Origin: Podarcis muralis
Lineage: Eukaryota
DNA length: 64,000 bases
Direction: 5' to 3'
Assembly: GCF_964188315.1 (NCBI RefSeq)
Contig: NC_135660.1
Coordinates: 84,754,001 to 84,818,000, forward strand
Shown: in pieces, positions 60,138 to 64,000 of the stretch
How positions within the stretch are numbered: position 1 is the first letter of the stretch
Layout: the number at the start of each line of letters is the position of its first letter
The notes under the pieces: generated by a model
Told to the model about the DNA's origin: nothing
Databases searched by the model: none
What the model saw: only the letters and a program-made list of their open reading frames with translations
Translations under genes and position numbers: made by a program

Positions 60138-61327
60138 TGCGAGAGCAGAGCGGGGACAGATTTTGTGGGACTTCTAATGGCGCCTTTGGCAGTGACTGGC
60201 TGAGCTGCTCTAATGTCAAAGAGGGGCAGGGCAGGCAGTCATTGGCTGAGCAGCTCAGATCCAAAAGATGGGCGGAGAAGGAATAAAAGTCTATGGAAAG
60301 GAGGGCATAGGAGGCTAGGAAAAGTGGGGACAGGGGATATATAATCAGCAGGAGGTGATAAGTTGGGAGGTTACTGAGAAAAGAAAGTTGCAGTAGGTGA
60401 TGGTCTGGAAGAATAAGGACAGAGGTGAAAGCTTGAGCGAAGAGTTTGAGAGAGGAAGGAAATCTGGGGTAGGGTGGTGGTGAAGAAACAAGAGAAATCC
60501 ATATTGCTGCAGGGAGCTGAAGTTCACATGTTGATCTGAAACAAGTCCCATATTGGGCTTGTATTCCTTGAGTAGGATGCAAATTTCAGACGCAACCGTT
60601 TTGTCTTTTAAATGCACTGTTTGTGTTTGAGCATATTCCTAAATCTGGCAATTCACTTGGAATTTAAATATCACATGTTGACATCCTGCTTTTCCATCTC
60701 AACTCTGAGATGTTTAGCAACAGATTGCTTGCCTGAAAAGCTGACATTTAAGAGCCGGAAAGATCCTATCCCAACAAATTTGCTTTAGCTTTCAGGGATT
60801 TTGTGTATGTGTGTGTTTGAGAGGGTGAGAATATCTGATGGGCAGTGTCATATCGTGAATGTTCTCAAGCAAAATGGGATTTGCAGCATTCAGTGATTTG
60901 CAACTTTGAAGGAAGTCCCGCTTATGAATTCAATTAGACTTACTCGCAGGTGTTATTTGATTGCATTTGTTTGCATCTTTACAAACGTTCTCCTAGTGAG
61001 GAAATGGGCTATCCGTAAGTCTATTTAAACAGGAAAGATGTTAAGATGTGGTATGTAAACTAAGCAAGATCATGAAACTCAAACTAATTTCTAGTAATTG
61101 TCAGCATGATGTTCACGCTTATGCAAGCATTTCACATTCTTTGCTCAAGCTATCAAAGGGTTTATTTTTAGCAAGACATATTGTAGGGTTGCATGCTCAC
61201 TCTGTACTTGACGTTCCCTGTCTCCTCAAAAGACGGCTTTGCACTTCCCACTTCTTCAAATTGCTGAAAGTTTTAAGGGCCAGCTTTTACAGGATTCTGT
61301 GGATGACTCATGTTGCCATTTCTAATA

Positions 61328-61569
61328 CAGTGGTACCTCGGGTTACAGATGCTTCAGGTTACATACGCTTCAGGTTACAGACTCCGCTCACCCAGAAACA
61401 GTAACTCGGGTTAAGAACTTTGCTTCAGAATGAGAACAGAAATTGTGCTCCGGAGGTGCGGCAGCAGCAGGAGGCCCCATTAGCTAAAATGGTGCTTCAG
61501 GTTAAGAACAGTTTCAGGTTAAGAATGGACCTCCGGAACAAATTAAGTACTTAACCTGAGGTACCACTG
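61328..61569. mobile_element. Tigger-like MITE
   Basis: TIR and TA TSD. Confidence 0.85.
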
Positions 61570-61578
61570 TATTATTAT

Positions 61579-61700
61579 TAGGTTGGCAGGAGCTGGGACA
61601 CAGCAATGGGAGCTCACCTCATCCTGTGGATTTGAACCACTGACCTTCTGACTGGCAAGCCCAAGAGGCTCAGTGGTTTAGACCACAGCACCATCCGCAT
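61579..61700 (-). mobile_element. Sauria SINE 5' fragment
   Basis: Similarity to the SINE head. Confidence 0.75.
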
Positions 61701-62024
61701 TCTATATCTGCACAACTGTGTGTCCCAATCACACAGAGCTTGTGCACTGGAGTTTTTCTTCAGATAACTGCAGGCAACTTGTTGTTCTTTGAAACAGGAG
61801 ATCTAACATCATGGTGGGTCTAAAAGTGCACTCCACTCCAAGCAAACACAGTAATGCCCAACGTGTGAGAACTGGGCTTGTGTATCTCAAACTGCAGCAG
61901 CTGGACATTACCCAGCATACAAAGACTACTAAATTAGCATGGTTATATAGGAAACTTGTTTTAAAAACAGCAGCAGCAGCAGCAGCAACTCTTAGGCAAA
62001 GGTAATTTGAATAGCAAAGAAGCA

Positions 62025-62160
62025 GACCCTCCAAGTGTCCCTATTATCCAGGGACAGTCTTGAATTTACAGAAGCTGTCCTGGTTTCTGATTTGATCCCG
62101 GAATGTCCTGCTTTTCCTTAGGAGTTCCCTATTTTCATCAGAGAAATGTTGGAGGGTATG
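62025..62160. mobile_element. hAT(Tip100)-like MITE; related pieces at 50150-50270 and 62793-62835
   Basis: TIR CAGACCCTCCAA / TTGGAGGGTATG; GGGACA/TGTCCC subterminal motifs. Confidence 0.65.
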
Positions 62161-62195
62161 GAGTTATGTCACTCCCCAAGCCAAGGAGATAAGTA

Positions 62196-62587
62196 CAGTG
62201 GTGCCCCGCAAGACGAATGCCTCGCAAAACAGAAAACCCGCTAGACGAAAGGGTTTTCCGTTTTGGAGGTGCTTCGCAAAACGAATTTCCTATGGGCTTG
62301 CTTCGCAAGACGAAAATGTCTTGCGAGTTCCTGCAGGGTTTTTTTCCTCCCCCCCCCCCCTTTCCCCAAGCCGCTAAGCCGCTTATCAGCTGATCCGCTA
62401 AGCCGCTTAACAGCTGATCACTAAACCGCTTATCAGCTGATCCGCTAAGCCGCTTATCAGCTGGCCCGCTAAGCCGCTAATAGCACTAATCCGCTAAGCC
62501 GCAAATGGGCTTGCTTCGCAAGACGAAAAAACCGCAAGACGAAAAGACTCGCGGAACAGATTCTTTACGTCTTGCAAGGCACCACTG
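62196..62587. mobile_element. Tc1/mariner-type MITE (second family) with an internal 24-bp tandem array
   Basis: TIR CAGTGGTGCC...GGCACCACTG; TA TSD; repeated AAGACGAA motifs. Confidence 0.8.
62371..62502. repeat. 24-bp tandem repeat CCGCTAAGCCGCTTATCAGCTGAT, about 5.5 units
   Basis: Direct reading. Confidence 0.9.
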
Positions 62588-62724
62588 TAACTATACAACC
62601 ATTAGAAGACATCTGAAGGCAGACCTGTATAGGGAAGTTTTTTAATGTTTAATGTTTTGTTATGTTTTTATATATTTTGGAAGCTGCCCAGAGTTGTTGG
62701 GGCAACCCAAGCAAGATAGGTGCA

Positions 62725-62788
62725 GTTCTTCTTCTTCTTCTTCTTCTTCTTCTTCTTCTTCTTCTTCTTCTTCTTCTTCTTCTTCTTC
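62725..62788. repeat. (TTC)n microsatellite
   Basis: Direct reading. Confidence 0.95.
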
Positions 62789-63608
62789 TGGAATAGGACA
62801 TCCCTATTTTCAGCCAAGAAATGTTGGAGGGTATGAAATAAGGCTGAGCCAAAAAGGCACGGTTCTTTTTGCAACCCATATTTGGTAGCTTCAAAAAGCA
62901 CTGCCCCAGTCAGTGTCATTTGGGAACTTGGCATAAAAGGGTGGGCAGAAGCATTTGCCCATTTGGTGATTTCAGAGTAAGGGTGGTTAGCTGCTGTGGC
63001 CCGAAACTCAAGCTTGGAGGTGGAGGAGGTGCTGGCCGAGTCTGGGGCTGCTGTACCACTGGGTGAGGAGCCAGACTGGGTTCCTGATACTGAGCCTGGT
63101 GGTCAGGAACCTGCTGCACCCAAGCCAGGGCCCCCAAGGGATCCTGAGCCCAAACTGTCTGAGGAGCAAAGTACGTTCCACTCCACCTTGCTTGCCCACA
63201 GGAAAGAGAAGCGCTTTCCTTCTGGTTAGATAGGGGCTAGCCCTTTAAGGACGTGCACTCTTCAGGCAAAGAGGTGGAGCTTAGGAGAGGGACTAGTGAG
63301 ACATCAATTCACCTCTGGACTTTCTTGGAGTTAGTTGCTCCCATGGAGCTCTCCGTGGTGCTGCGACCATCAGCTTGCCTTTCAGAGAGAGACCTGCTGT
63401 AGGCAGAGAGAACATCTGTGCCTTGTTTGGCTAGGATCGCCCATGTCGCCGCATAAGCCAGATGTGATTGACTACATAGTATCATTATGTCATCACATTC
63501 ACTATAGGATCCCCGAGTGATCGGGATCACATAGCAAAGGAGAAAGAAGGCTGGCTAAGAGGAGGAAAGCTTGTCAAAGTAGCAGGAGCCTGAAAGCAGA
63601 TACTAAAT

Positions 63609-63744
63609 CAGTGTTTCCCAAACTTGGGCCTCCGGCTGTTTTTGGACTACAATTCCCATCATCCTCAACCACTGATCCTGCTATCTGGGGATGACGGGAG
63701 TTGTAGTCCAAAAGCGGCTGGAGACCTAAGTTTGGGAAACCCCG
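63609..63744. mobile_element. Palindromic hAT(Charlie)-like MITE
   Basis: CAGTGTTTCCCAAACTT...AAGTTTGGGAAAC; GGACTACAATTCCC / GGGAGTTGTAGTCC. Confidence 0.7.
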
Positions 63745-64000
63745 TCCTAAACGAAGGCAAACTTTTACATTATTCGAGATGCATTGGGTTGCAAAATGTA
63801 GGCACTGCACACTCGTAGAAATTAACCTTAAATAATAACAATGCCCAGTGTTCATGTAGCATATTTAAAATGCCGACAGCACTTCACATTTTCTCAGTAC
63901 TCCTTACAAGAATCCCAAAAGGGAGGGTAGTGTTATTATCCCGCCCCCATTGCAGATGGGAAGTTGGGCCACTTAGCTAAGATCACCTAGCGAGTTCAAG

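Noticed and set aside
62371-62502. CRISPR-like array
   Set aside because: Contiguous tandem repeat without unique spacers, inside a eukaryotic MITE
62980-63600. Possible Gypsy-like solo LTR (similarly 24410-24880)
   Set aside because: The composition is suggestive, but no termini or TSD could be defined
55000-64000. DUSP29/DUPD1 exons expected from human synteny
   Set aside because: No EVWP, ITH or HC..G.SRS motifs found by eye; probably beyond the window

Overview
Vertebrate genomic DNA from a squamate reptile, probably a lacertid lizard (inferred from Sauria SINEs, BovB and lizard-type MITE, L2 and L1 families). The left part holds the 5' half of SAMD8/SMSr on the minus strand: CpG-island exon 1 near 12.75-12.96 kb and the SAM-domain coding exon at 3388-3965. 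Head-to-head with it, on the plus strand, is a tandem cluster of four intact three-exon atypical dual-specificity phosphatase genes, assembled by hand from splice sites. (1) DUSP13A-like copy 1: 16128-16288, 18252-18469, 20217-20440; 200 aa. (2) DUSP13A-like copy 2, a ~7.2 kb tandem duplicate: 23237-23397, 25650-25867, 27473-27660; 188 aa. (3) A third, divergent paralog: 29020-29198, 36147-36364, 37512-37723; 202 aa, with an HCILGRSRS P-loop and a C-terminal CaaX box (CQLL). (4) DUSP13B-like: 49116-49276, 52118-52338, 54738-54946; 196 aa, with a possible frameshifted upstream N-terminal exon near 39.3-39.95 kb. The rest is dense in transposable elements, many nested. Top leads are the putatively prenylated DUSP paralog, the asymmetrically diverging DUSP13A duplicate, and a young LINE fragment inserted in BovB whose AUG-less endonuclease ORF follows ORF1 across a single UGA-CUA readthrough-type stop. 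Family names and comparisons to human or mouse proteins come from recall, not from a database search.
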